A stretch of DNA of 62,169 bases, counting the filler, from Sphacelaria rigidula (lineage: Eukaryota): NCBI GenBank assembly GCA_964200075.2. It is 4 parts of 4 records of this genome, joined end to end, with 100 filler letters (N's around TTAATTAATTAA, not from the genome) between each part and the next. Parts side by side here need not be neighbours in the genome. Positions count along the whole stretch, not along the records: positions 15,573 to 31,040 come from CAXNAA020001733.1; positions 31,141 to 46,606 come from CAXNAA020001734.1; 2 more parts are not named here. The stretch is one strand, 5' to 3'. The position numbers and the translations under genes are program-made. Numbering within the stretch: position 1 is the first letter of the stretch; each line of letters starts with the position of its first letter. The notes under the pieces are model-generated. The model searched no databases. It was not told where the DNA came from and saw only the letters and a program-made list of their open reading frames with translations. Positions 24,060-35,712 of this stretch are shown in pieces.

Positions 24060-24538
24060 CTTTAATATTTACCCCGAGTTGCTCCCACAGAGAACGGCAC
24101 AGGTGAGCGGTGGTCGGGAGGGTGCACGAGCGGACAATTAAATAATGACAAGACAGAACATTCTTAAAATTGTTCTTAATTTGACTGAGGGTCGAGCAAT
24201 CGGGGACCGCAGATCATCTTTGCCCTTGCACAGCAGCGTCATCCCGATTCCCAACGACACCCAGCTACCTTACTGTGCAAATCGTGAACGACGACATACA
24301 AGGACCACCTTTACGCGAACTTTCCAGCAATCAACTGTCCCTGAAGACTCGAATTGTTCCGTGTAAGAACCTCTGCTCCAGGAACAACTGGGCTGTACTG
24401 GACGACCGCAACAAACAGCTGTGTGGTACCTTACAGAAAACTAATTAGATCGCACGCGGACCTCCGACGAACTCTGAGGTTTACAGGGAGAAGTGGGAGG
24501 AGGCTAGAGCTTTTCAGGCAAGGCAACAGACAATAAAC
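24060..24538. promoter_or_regulatory. Putative bidirectional promoter and 5' UTRs shared by CAPZA and CAPZB
   Basis: The CAPZA ATG lies 2 nt downstream of an acceptor (tttttag|gcATG), implying a 5'-UTR intron. A good minus-strand donor AAAG|GTATGC sits at 24060/24059, less than 500 bp from the CAPZB ATG. Inferred; no transcript data. Confidence 0.45.
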
Positions 24539-27474
24539 ATGGCATCCTCGGGGGAGTCGGAGGTGCTTTCATCTTGCCTGAATCTCATGCGCCGGCTACC
24601 GCCCAAGGACATCGAAAACAGCCTGGCTGGACTTTTAAGTCTGGTGCCTGATGCCACGGACGAGCTCTTGCAAAGGGTTGACCAGGTGCGACAGGCAGAT
24701 ATAATACTGTAGAAGTACAACAGACAACAGGACAGGACAGTACAGTAATCAGCACAGACAGTGCAGTGCAGTACAGACAGTGCAGTGCAGTACGGTACAA
24801 CGCGCTTTGACTGCTTCGTGATGGATGTCGGTATCTCGCATAAATATGAATAGGATCGCTGTTCGGACTGTACAGCTAGAGCAGTGTTGTTGCAGATATA
24901 GGGTATGCAGAAGACTGCACGTGTACAAGTGGTGCGGGTTCCTGATCTGGGGTGGCCAACGGTGCCAGTGTGATGATTAAATTGGACCGTGGTCCTTGTG
25001 CACAGTCTCCTCCACCACCGCGATATGACACAGCATTCACCTCAGGTATACTCGTCCAAAGGGTTGTCCTCAGGTGCAACAATAGACAGGATGGTCGTAC
25101 AGCAGTGCTGTGGTCAGGCATGAAAGGTGCACGAAGACGTGCCTTGGGTGTCGCTATAGTATGACATTGGCCCGCATCTCTGACGAACTCTTCAGGCCGG
25201 CGACAGACTGTCCGTAGTTGCAGAGTGCGGGTTTCAGTTTTTCGTTTTTCCTCGTCTTAGATCGTTGCTGATCTGTACCAACACCAAATCCGCCGACTGT
25301 AAAATACGGTGGTCATCTTCCAGCGAATCTGTGTGTGCGATGGAAACCAAGGTACATGTCCGCGAACTGGTTGACAATTTTCACACTTGAACAAGCTGTG
25401 TTTTGGCAAACCCGGACGCTAACCCTTACCCTGACGCCAACCCGCGGCATACCTGCCAACCAGTTTTGCGTCGGGCAGCCCATGACTTTTGAACGCCCGC
25501 GTACGTTTGCAGATCATGAACGTTGCAGGTTTTCGGACCGGACACTGCACATATGACCCCCATTTCGTGAGGGAATAAGTACATAAATCGCGAATATGAC
25601 AAATCGTGAAACAATTGCGATTTGTCGCATACGCCTTCCCCTGTCCCATCGGCTAGGTCGACAAAGCGGATACACCCGGGAAAGGGAACTGGAGAAAGGG
25701 GGAAGGAAAGAAAAAAGAAAAAGAAGGAAAACACCAAGACAGACCTAGCACCGGTTCCTATTCAAATAACAATTCTTCAGTCCACCAAGTTTAGGTGAAC
25801 TATGAGGTAAAGATCATATCTCCCCAACGGAGGTGCTGACGATGCTAGCTAAAAAAAAAGTTGATTTTCAAGAAAAAAATGAGGCCAGAACATACCCCAG
25901 TTTGGTGCTTTGTTGACTTTTTTTCAACTATATTCTGGGACAGATGAAGTGCACGAGAGCACGCCGGGGTGAAGGCGCGGCAGCGGGCGGGGAAGTTAGA
26001 AAGGATGTTGTAGTACGATGAGAAGGCCTTCGAAACGGCTTGGGACTACCTAGCATCAAGCCCCAGTGACGACAGAGATGGCTACATTATTTTTTTGTAG
26101 AATCTTTTGGTAAAAGTTTTTCTCCAAGTTTTTTAGCCCTCGTGCTCGCGATGAAACACGGCCGTTCAGCCGCATAGTGGATATAGACTGGCCCGGAAAA
26201 AAATGGGGCTCAACAAGGAAAACGCTGAAAAAAACAGGGATCTACACGTTACACGTGACACTTGAACGTGACACATTCTTCGGATTATTGACCGCTACGT
26301 CAGGTTTAGTTTTTTTGGATGGGGCACATGTAACGTAACGCGATGTAACGTGTGGTCCTTCGAATGAACACTAACGTGGCATTTTACTTTAGGCCCGCGG
26401 GAGGGGTGTTTCGAGACCACAGTATGGCTATCATGCACATGATGACTGTCACCCAGACGCTCGCAGGTAAAGCCTGCAGCTGTGGAGTATCGATCCGTTT
26501 GCAGAGTGTGGTGACGCTTACCATCATCTTTTTAATACGCCCCCTCTCCGCACACCTCCCGCCTCCCCGTCCTATTGTGCCCTCTCGAAAAAAATTTCCC
26601 CTCCGTTCTCTCTCGCAACAATCACATCCGGGCTCGGCGAAGCCTCTACAAGAGGCCACTGATCCCGAGACAGGTCGCCGGTACCTTCGGTGCGAATACA
26701 ATCGGGACGCTAGCTCATACCGCAGTCCTTGGAGCAACAAGTACGATCCCCCACTGGAAGATGGCTTTACGCCGGGAGATCGTCTGAGGCAAATGGAGGC
26801 AAGTGTCTTCTTCTTCGTCTTCGCATTTTCTTGTCCCAAAGCTTCTCTGATTTGTTGTTCAGCGTTCCACGTTCGCGTTGCCCTTTATATATTTCTTCAC
26901 ATGCGACGCGTCGAAAATCTTGGTTGTAGGGCGTCCGACTTGTGCTCAACCGCGTAGCTTGCAGTTCCTAACCCCCGTAATGTGTCATGCAGTCGTCATC
27001 CGTTGACCTTTCCGTTGAACAGCAACTTTGCTCCTCCAACAACGACCCCGAGAATGACATACGTTAACCCTTAGACCGAGAAGGTAGTCCATCTGGGTCA
27101 TGCATTCTTATTTTTTTTCAAGTGAATTTCATGCCGATTTAACGGATGGCTCGCTCTCACTGTCTAAGACTTGAGGAGTTATCGTCCCTCATCGCTTTCC
27201 GCTTTGGCTTCAGTTTCCCCGCTGCATCCTGCTTACCAAACCACCCGCCGCTAAAATCGAAACGATCGAGCAGGAAGATGCTAACATGCTCCTTGATGCG
27301 TACCGGGAGGTTTACTACCAAGGAGGCGTGAGCTCCGTGTATCTATGGGATCAAGAGGAAGGTAGCGGATCGACACCTGGCAGCTTCGCTGGCTGCTTTT
27401 TGATCCTCAAGCGCGTTGGCGGCGGGGGAGGGGAGGGTCCCGTCGGATCGTGGGAGAGCTCGCACGTCGTGCAG
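24539..27474 (+). CDS. CAPZB: F-actin capping protein subunit beta, 3'-partial; exons 24539-24685, 26643-26798, 27274-27474
   Basis: Splices to MASSGESEVLSSCLNLMRRLPPKDIENSLAGLLSLVPDATDELLQRVDQ|PLQEATDPETGRRYLRCEYNRDASSYRSPWSNKYDPPLEDGFTPGDRLRQME|EDANMLLDAYREVYYQGGVSSVYLWD...FAGCFLILK...WESSHVVQ. This carries the CP-beta hallmarks LMRRLPP, VDQPL, YNRD..SYRSPWSN and GGVSSVYLWD. No later exons were recognised before the contig end. Confidence 0.95.
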
Positions 27475-27626
27475 GTGTGTTTTGCGAAAGGGCCGTGTGT
27501 TGACGCCAATTTGAATCGGGGCCAACTCGGGGAAGAGTTTCGATGTGTGCGTTCAATAAATCGTGTCCGCAATCATTGGTGCCCACATGTCGATGACGTT
27601 TTGTTTTTGTTTATTGTCACAATGTC

Positions 27627-27860
27627 AACCCCTCCCCTTCCTTGGGACAAGATCCTTGGTCGCGAGAGATCAACCCATCTCTCCCCTGCCCCGTATACGC
27701 CTTGCGTTGTGATCTCGCGCATTGGATCATGACCGACACTCCCGTACAGCGTCGACTGTCGTCAAACAAACTCTGGTTACTACCCACACGCTTTCACGCT
27801 TTCGACGACGTGAATCAGATACTTTGAAGAAGCTCCCCTGAAGGATCTGGCAGTAGTCGA
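27627..27860 (+). repeat. R2 dispersed repeat copy
   Basis: Matches 21688-21930 and 3490-3790. Confidence 0.75.
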
Positions 27861-29177
27861 ACCTGCGTTCTGTTTACTCTTAGGAACGTTCTTATCGTTA
27901 TATATATATATATATTTTTTTTTTTTCTCACAACCTTTCTTCTCCAAACGCCCAGTGATAGATCGCTGCGATAACACCCCTGGAACAAAAGTGTCCCCAA
28001 ATATTTTTGTTGTTGTTGCATAAAACTCTTTTGTTTTCAACCCGATCAGGGACATGAATGTTACGTTGTTGACAGGGGCACATGCAACGTTTGACGAAAA
28101 ATCTCAACATAATCAGACGTGGACCTGAGGAACCCATTGCCCCCCGCAAACCCACAGCACACAGCTTGAGCCGTGGCTGCTCATCGACTTAGCACGTTGT
28201 GCATGGCCCTGGTTACACATGTTTAGGATTCACGGCATAACCGACGGTTTGCGTGGGACGCATGCACAAAACACGCACAAAGATCAGAAACGGCAGGTTT
28301 CCGGTTGTAAAAGGATACGCACGCGGCCGCCCTTCCTCCGATGCTGAGCGGATCTTCCTGAACCGAAGACTGTTGCGTACAGTTACGAGCAAGGGCTAGC
28401 GCTGGAGCTGAGCGCGTGGGTAGTGGACGTGGGTAGTGGGTGTCTGTCCGTGTTTTCCTCGGGACTCGGTATGCAGATGTTGTATTTCATTATTGCGTTT
28501 TTTTCTGTGGCGGTACAGGGATGTTTCACCAACGACTACTTCGAGAACCCCCGCATTTTTGAAGCCGTATGCAGATCTGGGCTTCGATCTGCACATGAAA
28601 TATTTTTCATCAGGCTTACACGGGTCGTTTGTGAATACAAGCTTTTTTTCGAGAACGCTTTTGAAAAACATGGTCTTATCTGTTTTCATGAGAAGCTGCC
28701 TTTTGTTTCCAGTTACACCGTCGTACCACCTGGGCGCATGTGGTCCCCCACCGTGATAGCAGCGCAGGGGAGATGTGGTGCGATTGAGGTGGTATGTCCG
28801 CATATTTACCCATGATGTGCTCGATAGTATTACCCCTTTTGGAGTCGTTGATTGGAAAATGACGATTTACAATCGACGTTTTCTTGGGCAAGGTATGGTT
28901 GTTTTTCTCTAAGTACAATAACTGTTGATGATGCAGTCCACCGATACGGTGGACCACTCTAAGGTCAAGTATACGAATGTGACAGATTCGTGCACCGAAC
29001 TCCGAGTGACGTTTTCCCGGTGACGAATGCTCGCGCACGAGAATTCGTCCTGTTTTTCGCTAGTTCCGAAAGGGTCAAGAATGTTCGGAATTGCGCATAT
29101 TAGTTACTGTCATCCAATTCAGATTTTACACGCTGATACTGGCTTCCTGCACAAGAGTCGTTGTAAAAATATGCAGA

Positions 29178-29208
<31 letters not shown>

Positions 29209-30260
29209 ACCCCCTCCACCAAAACAACAAACCCACCCAAAATTTCCGGAAGCGGCCCAAAAAAAGGTCGGTTTCATAAAAAAANNNNNNNNNNGCTGAT
29301 ACTGGCTTCCTGCACAAGAGTCGTTGTAAAAATATGCAGAGTGCCCCCCCCCTCCCCTCCCCCACCCTCAGACCCCTTCGACAATACTGAAATCCCGACA
29401 GAATTTTCCGAGGGTCGGCCGAATAATCGCTGGTTCGCATAACAAATTTTACGATTTATGGGGCCTCATCGTTCGAAAGAGGCAGAAAAGTTGACCGCGG
29501 GTCCAAGGAGCTTCTACGCAATTTTTGCGCTATTCCACGAGCCTGGATTGCCTGTACCTGGGATGGAAACGCTGACAACAACCCAAGGATTGATGCGGAC
29601 GCGACGAATCAATTGCACTAAACGCACGTAATTATTCAGACGAATCGTTATTCGTCAGACCCTTGGAATTTTCGCTTTCCCTGTTTCTCCGCTCAAATAC
29701 AGAACTACCAAACGCTGTCATCACGGGGGAACGACGGTGTGTGCGTAGCTCAAGATCGAGTTGTTCCTGTGTCGGCTCTTTTTGGGGGGGGGAGGGGGTG
29801 GAGTATGGGCGTTAATATCCACAAGCCCTTTCATGTGAACGGGGGTCAACTATGTTTTTTTTCATGAGTGCCCATATCCCTTGATTCAGTTTAGAGGTGG
29901 TCATGAGAAAGTTGGATTTTTACCTTCCGCTTCGAAGATGGTCATGTGGGATGATCACTTGTGCCGTCTGACTCAAAGATAGTCATGCGATACTTTGTGC
30001 CCCGTTCCGCGATAGTCATTGAACGATTTCGATGCGTGGTGTACGGTTCAGAGATGAGCTTGTCAGGTGGCTCTCGGCAGCCGATCATTGATGTATTTTC
30101 TGTTGTCATGCGTGCGTATTTCCGCGCCGACCGGGTCGACTGTGTCCGAATGTTGAACATCGAAATATCGGCGTACAGTCTCTTCTCGGAACACTCTTTC
30201 ACGTGGCTCTATGGTGCAGCAACAGCAACAACAACAGTAGCAGCGACGACGACTATAATA

Positions 30261-30433
30261 CGTGAGAGAACCGCGTGCTTAGGGGACCGCATTGGAATTA
30301 AAACACCCTTACGGTTAGGGTTAGGGTCAGGGGCGTGGTCCCTGCAGGGACCGTCCTGATTGGTTTTCATAAAAGCCGATCCTGAGGTGTTTTGAACTAC
30401 GATACGATCCCCTAAGCACGCGGTCCTCTCACG
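30261..30433. mobile_element. MITE with ~30-bp terminal inverted repeats and an internal TTAGGG-like tract
   Basis: Termini cgtgagagaaccgcgtgcttagggga and tcccctaagcacgcggtcctctcacg; internal ggttagggttagggtcagggg. Confidence 0.75.
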
Positions 30434-31040
30434 CATTACAACGACAGCAACAACAATAGCAAACCTCCTTGTTTCCAGTCAGTACTCTCAAGCCAACATA
30501 TTTTTCTTGCATAAGGGCATGTTCGTGCCGCGAGTCACGTGAACCTTCCCATGGTTATTCGTAAACCCTTGATTTTTTTTTTATATACTACGTAGTGGAT
30601 CAGAATTCCCTGGACTCGCACGTTCGGTCTCTCTCTGGTCATGTAACATATACACTTTGGTGCTTTGAATCGGGTTTTTTGCAACACTACCTCGATACAA
30701 CGGCGCGAACGCACCGCAAGCCACACGTGTTGTACTTTTCATCCATGGATAACTGTCGGGATTACAAGCGTGCAGACGCACCGTGCGCTTTTTGTTCTGG
30801 GTTGGTGTTTCGAGTATGCCCTCAATAACTGAGTAATTTATGACATGAGTGCTGCGCCGCGGTGGTATAATGGTTCGACTATCACCATTGACACTTTCTA
30901 CGATAGCCCCCCCCCAAAAAAAAAGAAAAAAGAAAAAAGTGGCTGGTTTGGGAAGGCAAAATCTACCAAGTGTCGGACAAATAATGAGTCGTCTGGAAAT
31001 CACTTGGTTCTAGTATGATGAGTCGACTCGTGACGAATCA

Positions 31041-31140
31041 NNNNNNNNNNNNNNNNNNNNNNNNNNNNNNNNNNNNNNNNNNNNTTAATTAATTAANNNN
31101 NNNNNNNNNNNNNNNNNNNNNNNNNNNNNNNNNNNNNNNN
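31041..31140. other. Artificial contig-joining spacer
   Basis: N44 + TTAATTAATTAA + N44. Confidence 0.97.
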
Positions 31141-32474
31141 CGTGCATGATCATGAGTACCCCCCCCCCCCACCCGTCGCCCTGAATGAGGCTTTCGGAAA
31201 TCGGGGGCGGTGAATATCGTGTTCCAGTCTGTAAGGCCCCTTGATTATGGTAAATTCAAATTTATTCCTATTTTTGGTGCAGATCTCGATACGTTGCATT
31301 CCTCGTACGAGTCGTCTCTTTCATCGTGCATATTTTTTCAGAAGTTGAATTTCACCGATGTCCCGACGTCTTCAGCCACTACGACTATACGATCGTGCTC
31401 ATCGGCTGATTTGTCAAATTTTACTCCCCGCTCGTTCGGATTGGCGAATCAGTAATTATAACATTTATTCCTTTTTTTTGGTGCGGATCTCGATAGTACG
31501 TTGGATTTCTCGGACAAGCCGCCATTTTATCCCCATTTTTTTGTGCAGATCTCGATAAGTTGCATTTCTCGGACGCCGTCGTGACCAGCCGCTGTATACA
31601 GCCGTGCTGATCGACTGTTCTTCAAATTCTACTCCCTGCTTGCCCTTGTCGGCGAATTCGTAGAATTTCCCTATTGTTTTCTGCAGATTACATACGTTGC
31701 ATTTCACACACATGCTCACTATTATACCCTTATATACAACGGCTTCGCGTTCGAGCTCTTCGGCTAAGTTCAAATTTTCACGAAGGTTGACTATTTTTCT
31801 CTTCAGCTAATTTCATCTGCAATAACCTTCCATATAATCCCAGACGCAGAAGATCCGCCTCTGTGTCGATCCGACACGTCAAACTGTCTCGCCCGCACCC
31901 AACCCCTTCGCCATCATTATTTTTGGCACCCCCAACGCAGCCTGAACTATGCTGCATATATATATGTCGGCCCCGTTGATTTCTACCAACGTCCGAGTAC
32001 AGTGAAGAGGTTGAGAGCGGTGTTCCCACCAGAGGGGATCTCAAGGCACAGAGTAATAGGTACCTCCAACAAGGGGTCGACGGGGTCATACTTCCGTCTT
32101 CCCGAGTGCTGCCATACGCAGCTTGCGACGCTGAGGCAAGGAGGTCGTGTCCGGTCATCCGGACGGTTCAAGCTGAAAGCTTGTGATCGGAGGCGACGCC
32201 CTTGGAGTCCTCAGTGTTGCAAACTGGCAGCATCCAGGAACACGGACGTATGGCCACGTCTACTCCTTGTGGGATATACATAAAACCTCGTGCCTTCAGA
32301 TCCCCTTCGATGGGAAAACCTTTGACCAGGTACACAAGCCGCTCAATCGCGGACGATAACGGATTTCACTGGGGTCGACAAAATATGTACGTCCGCTTCT
32401 CTTCTGTGAGGGATCGCTGTTTTTTTTGCGCAGGCCGTTGGTCTGATTGCGAAAACTACCAACTCACTGGGAGC

Positions 32475-32585
32475 TGGGAGCCCAGTGCTAATTTTTGTGT
32501 TTGTTGTGAATCGGCATCATTTTCATTCATTTCCAAGTCAAAATGATGCCGATTCACAAGAAGAAAAATCAGAGCTGGGTTCCCA
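32475..32585. repeat. Inverted repeat / hairpin
   Basis: Perfect 20-bp arms ttgtgaatcggcatcatttt (32504-32523) and aaaatgatgccgattcacaa (32540-32559), extended by tgggagcccag/ctgggttccca. Confidence 0.8.
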
Positions 32586-33134
32586 AAGGGTTAGATTATT
32601 TTCGATCCATATTGTCTTTACTTGTTGTCTTTAATGTCTTTTGTCATAAAGAGGGAGTTAGCTAATGCAGTGGCTGGGGTCTATCAGTATGTGTGCCGGG
32701 AGATACCATGGTGTCAGCCTCACCAAGCTCCCACGTGGGCAAACTCATACAGACCTAGCTATCCTCTCTTGACTTATCACAAGTAGATTCATTCATGTTC
32801 AGACTCTTGATAAGGAACTCACGTGTTTGCTTAGCATCATGTTTTATCTACAAGCCTCCCTTACTCAGTATAGCCGCAAGGCAGCCATAGGAGCAGAGCG
32901 TAGTGATGGCCCAGGGTAGACCACGGCAAGGGCAGCAACTGATCAAGAAGGGGGACCGCTGCGTGGGGCCGCGGCTAAACATCGCGTGTCCAAGGCGCAA
33001 ACGCCGCAGAGTTGGTTCAAGCGAGCGAGACTGGTCTGGTACAAGAGCACCAAAGAAGTAGACAGTATCACTCGAGACCAGTTGACCAGACAGCGACATG
33101 CCAGCAGTCTCAGTAGTACAGTAGTCCCTGGCAC

Positions 33135-35148
33135 TTGATCGATTTTACAATATACGACACATCAGCACCGGGAGCAGCAGCAGTAGGAGCAGCTTCGCAG
33201 GGCCAAGGCCAACACCAGCACAGGGGCACATCAGGAGCTCGAGCCACGGCAGGAGAAAAAGGGGGAAGGGCTGCAGGAGGGGAACCAGGTCGAGTCCCGG
33301 CACCACAAGCCGGAGGCACGCACAGCAATCCGATCTTCGTCAACCAGCACGCCCCGTGGGGTAGTGCAGGACAGTTGAACACTGATGCACCAGCACCCCC
33401 CCCACCACCACTCGGACCCCCACCTGGCCCAAGTCAGCCATCAGACATTCTAGCTCAAATCCTGCAGGCACAGGTGAAAACGAACATCAACATGGAGAAT
33501 CAACACCAGCAACACCTTCACAGACAGCAACAGCAAAGCCAAGCAATATCGACCCTTCAACAGGAGGTACATCTTCTCCAGTACGGACAACCACAACCGC
33601 AAGGCGGGGCCGGCCGGCAGCCGGCGAGCGCCGCACAGCAACAGCACATGGCGAGGGGAAGAGAAACGGGCTCCCCCTGCTCGCACCCAACGTCCCATTC
33701 CCGCCACCCATCGGAGGGCTGCTACCGCATCACCAACAACAACAGTCGCAGCCAAATCACCATCACCAACCGCAACAGCCGCACCAACATCATCAACCTC
33801 AGCAGCACGAACAGCACCAACACCAACAGCTGCAGCCGCAGCAGCACCACCAGCACCACCAGCAACCGCAGCCGGACCAGCACCACGTACATCAACTCCA
33901 TCAATATCAACCACAGCAATACTACCAAGCACAGCCGCAATCCCAGGTCCACCAACTCCTCCAGCTTCTCAGTGGTGGGGGAGGGGGACAGATCCAACAG
34001 CTCATTCATGCAATGGGAGCGGCCAACACCGCCCCCGCCAGTACGAAGAAGGCCGAAGAAACGCAGGAGAAGTGGGAGATCAACAGCTGGCTCTCGAACG
34101 AAAACAAGGCACTCTTCCACATTCTCAGGGGCGGGGTCTCCATTTCCATTCCCATGTCTGATACAAACTTGAAACTCAAACTCCGCGACGTGGCCGGCAC
34201 CAACCGGGGCATGCTGATCAACCTCCAGACGTTGACCGACGTAGGCGTCACCAACTTCCACTCCCCGGTGCCGCCTGGCATAAAAAAAAAACTTACTTCC
34301 GCGCCGAGCTTCATGTGGCCACATTCACCAAGGCACTGGCCATCATCATCAACTTCGGCACCAACGATAACGAGGGTGGGCGGGATAGGAGAGCTTTCAT
34401 CACGGGAGGTGACGAGGATGGCGCGGGCGCTGGACGCGTACACCGAGAAAAACTACGCCGCTCTACACAGAGACGAGGCGGCCGTGAAAACTCGCATAAT
34501 CACCGATTTCAACCACGACATCGACGGGTGGCTCACAGACTGCAGGGATGCCGGGCTGAATCTACGCATGGAGTCTCTCGCCGCCCCACCCGCCAACGGG
34601 CAGGGCCCCGCGGCGCCTGTACCAGTGTTCACCCGAGTGAAGACGCTCACCGCCGACGGTCACTCCAGCAGCCTCATTGGTCGCCAAAACCCCGGGCTCA
34701 CCGTAGCAGGCTCACCCGCGCAGATCGCCCCCAAACAGCCGTCAAGCGGAAGGCACTCCCCGATGGGGGCACGAGCAACGCGGTCAACCGCGTCGCTCCT
34801 CACCCTCCGTCGTACCCGCCCCAGTGGCAACACCTCACGCCACCGAACACCGATTTCAGCACGGAACTGGCGTCATGAGCCCCACCGGCGGGCGTCTGCT
34901 TGCGAGCTTGGCAGGGCCTCACATGCCCACGGGGGCGCGGCTGCCGCCTACCGGACCACACCAGCAAGCATAAAGCCGTCGGAGGCCCTCCCCACCAGCC
35001 GCCAGTGGCGTTCCAGATAACTCCAACAGCCCCGACGGCGGCGACGGCAAAACCAGCGGCACCAGCGGCACCGGCGGCCGCAGCGAGTACAGTGGCGCGC
35101 TTTTCCCACAACTTCGGCGGAAATGGCGGAGCTGGGCGGGGCACCTGA
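33135..35148 (+). pseudogene. Frameshifted Gag-like ORF1 of the YR retrotransposon
   Basis: Overlapping Q/P-rich ORF pieces (33135-34172, 34013-35020, 34900-35148) ending in a CCCH-like knuckle CLLRAWQGLTCPRGRGCRLPDH. Confidence 0.55.
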
Positions 35149-35712
35149 GGGTGCGGGCTCCGCCAGTCGGCGGGGCCTACCAGTCTGGGGGGAGGAGGAG
35201 CACCGGTCACGGACTCAGCGAGGTCGATGGGTATCGCTCAGGCCTCCCAACCGGGGTCGGTGGCGGCAAGCTTCTTTCATGGTGAGAGCAGAAGTACCGA
35301 CGCATGTAGCAACCCTAAAGCACGTCACAGCGGTAGATCGCGTAGTCCCATTCCGCATTACCCACGCCCGATAAAAAAGTCGATGACCAACCCCACCAAG
35401 ACGTACTGTAACAAGCAAATGTCGGCAGGTTACACTAGATTGGACGGTAGAGCTGACACGCATAAAATATTCGATGACATCACCGCCCCGCGCAATGACA
35501 CGAAAATCAACAAACACGCGAACAATGGCCGGCACGACTACAGTAACCGGCCGACTCTAAGGTACAACGGAACGCACGAACGTGCACAGGTAAGCCAGCA
35601 ACAAGATCAAGTAATCTGCCCGTCCATGACTAACGAATACAGCAGTAGTACACGCAGACACCACGCCAAAACCACTTTGCACATCCCCGCAGACAGGAGA
35701 CGTGTACAAGCA

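Noticed and set aside
966-27474. Three-gene actin cluster (fimbrin-like CH exon plus CAPZA and CAPZB)
   Set aside because: The CH exon is on a different contig, separated by an artificial spacer.
29132-29445. Apparent tandem duplication around a 10-N gap
   Set aside because: The first copy degrades into an A/C-rich corrupted version of the second right after a C homopolymer, which points to unmerged low-quality read ends.
33450-34650. Long minus-strand ORFs
   Set aside because: Antisense shadows of the GC-rich, low-complexity gag-like region.
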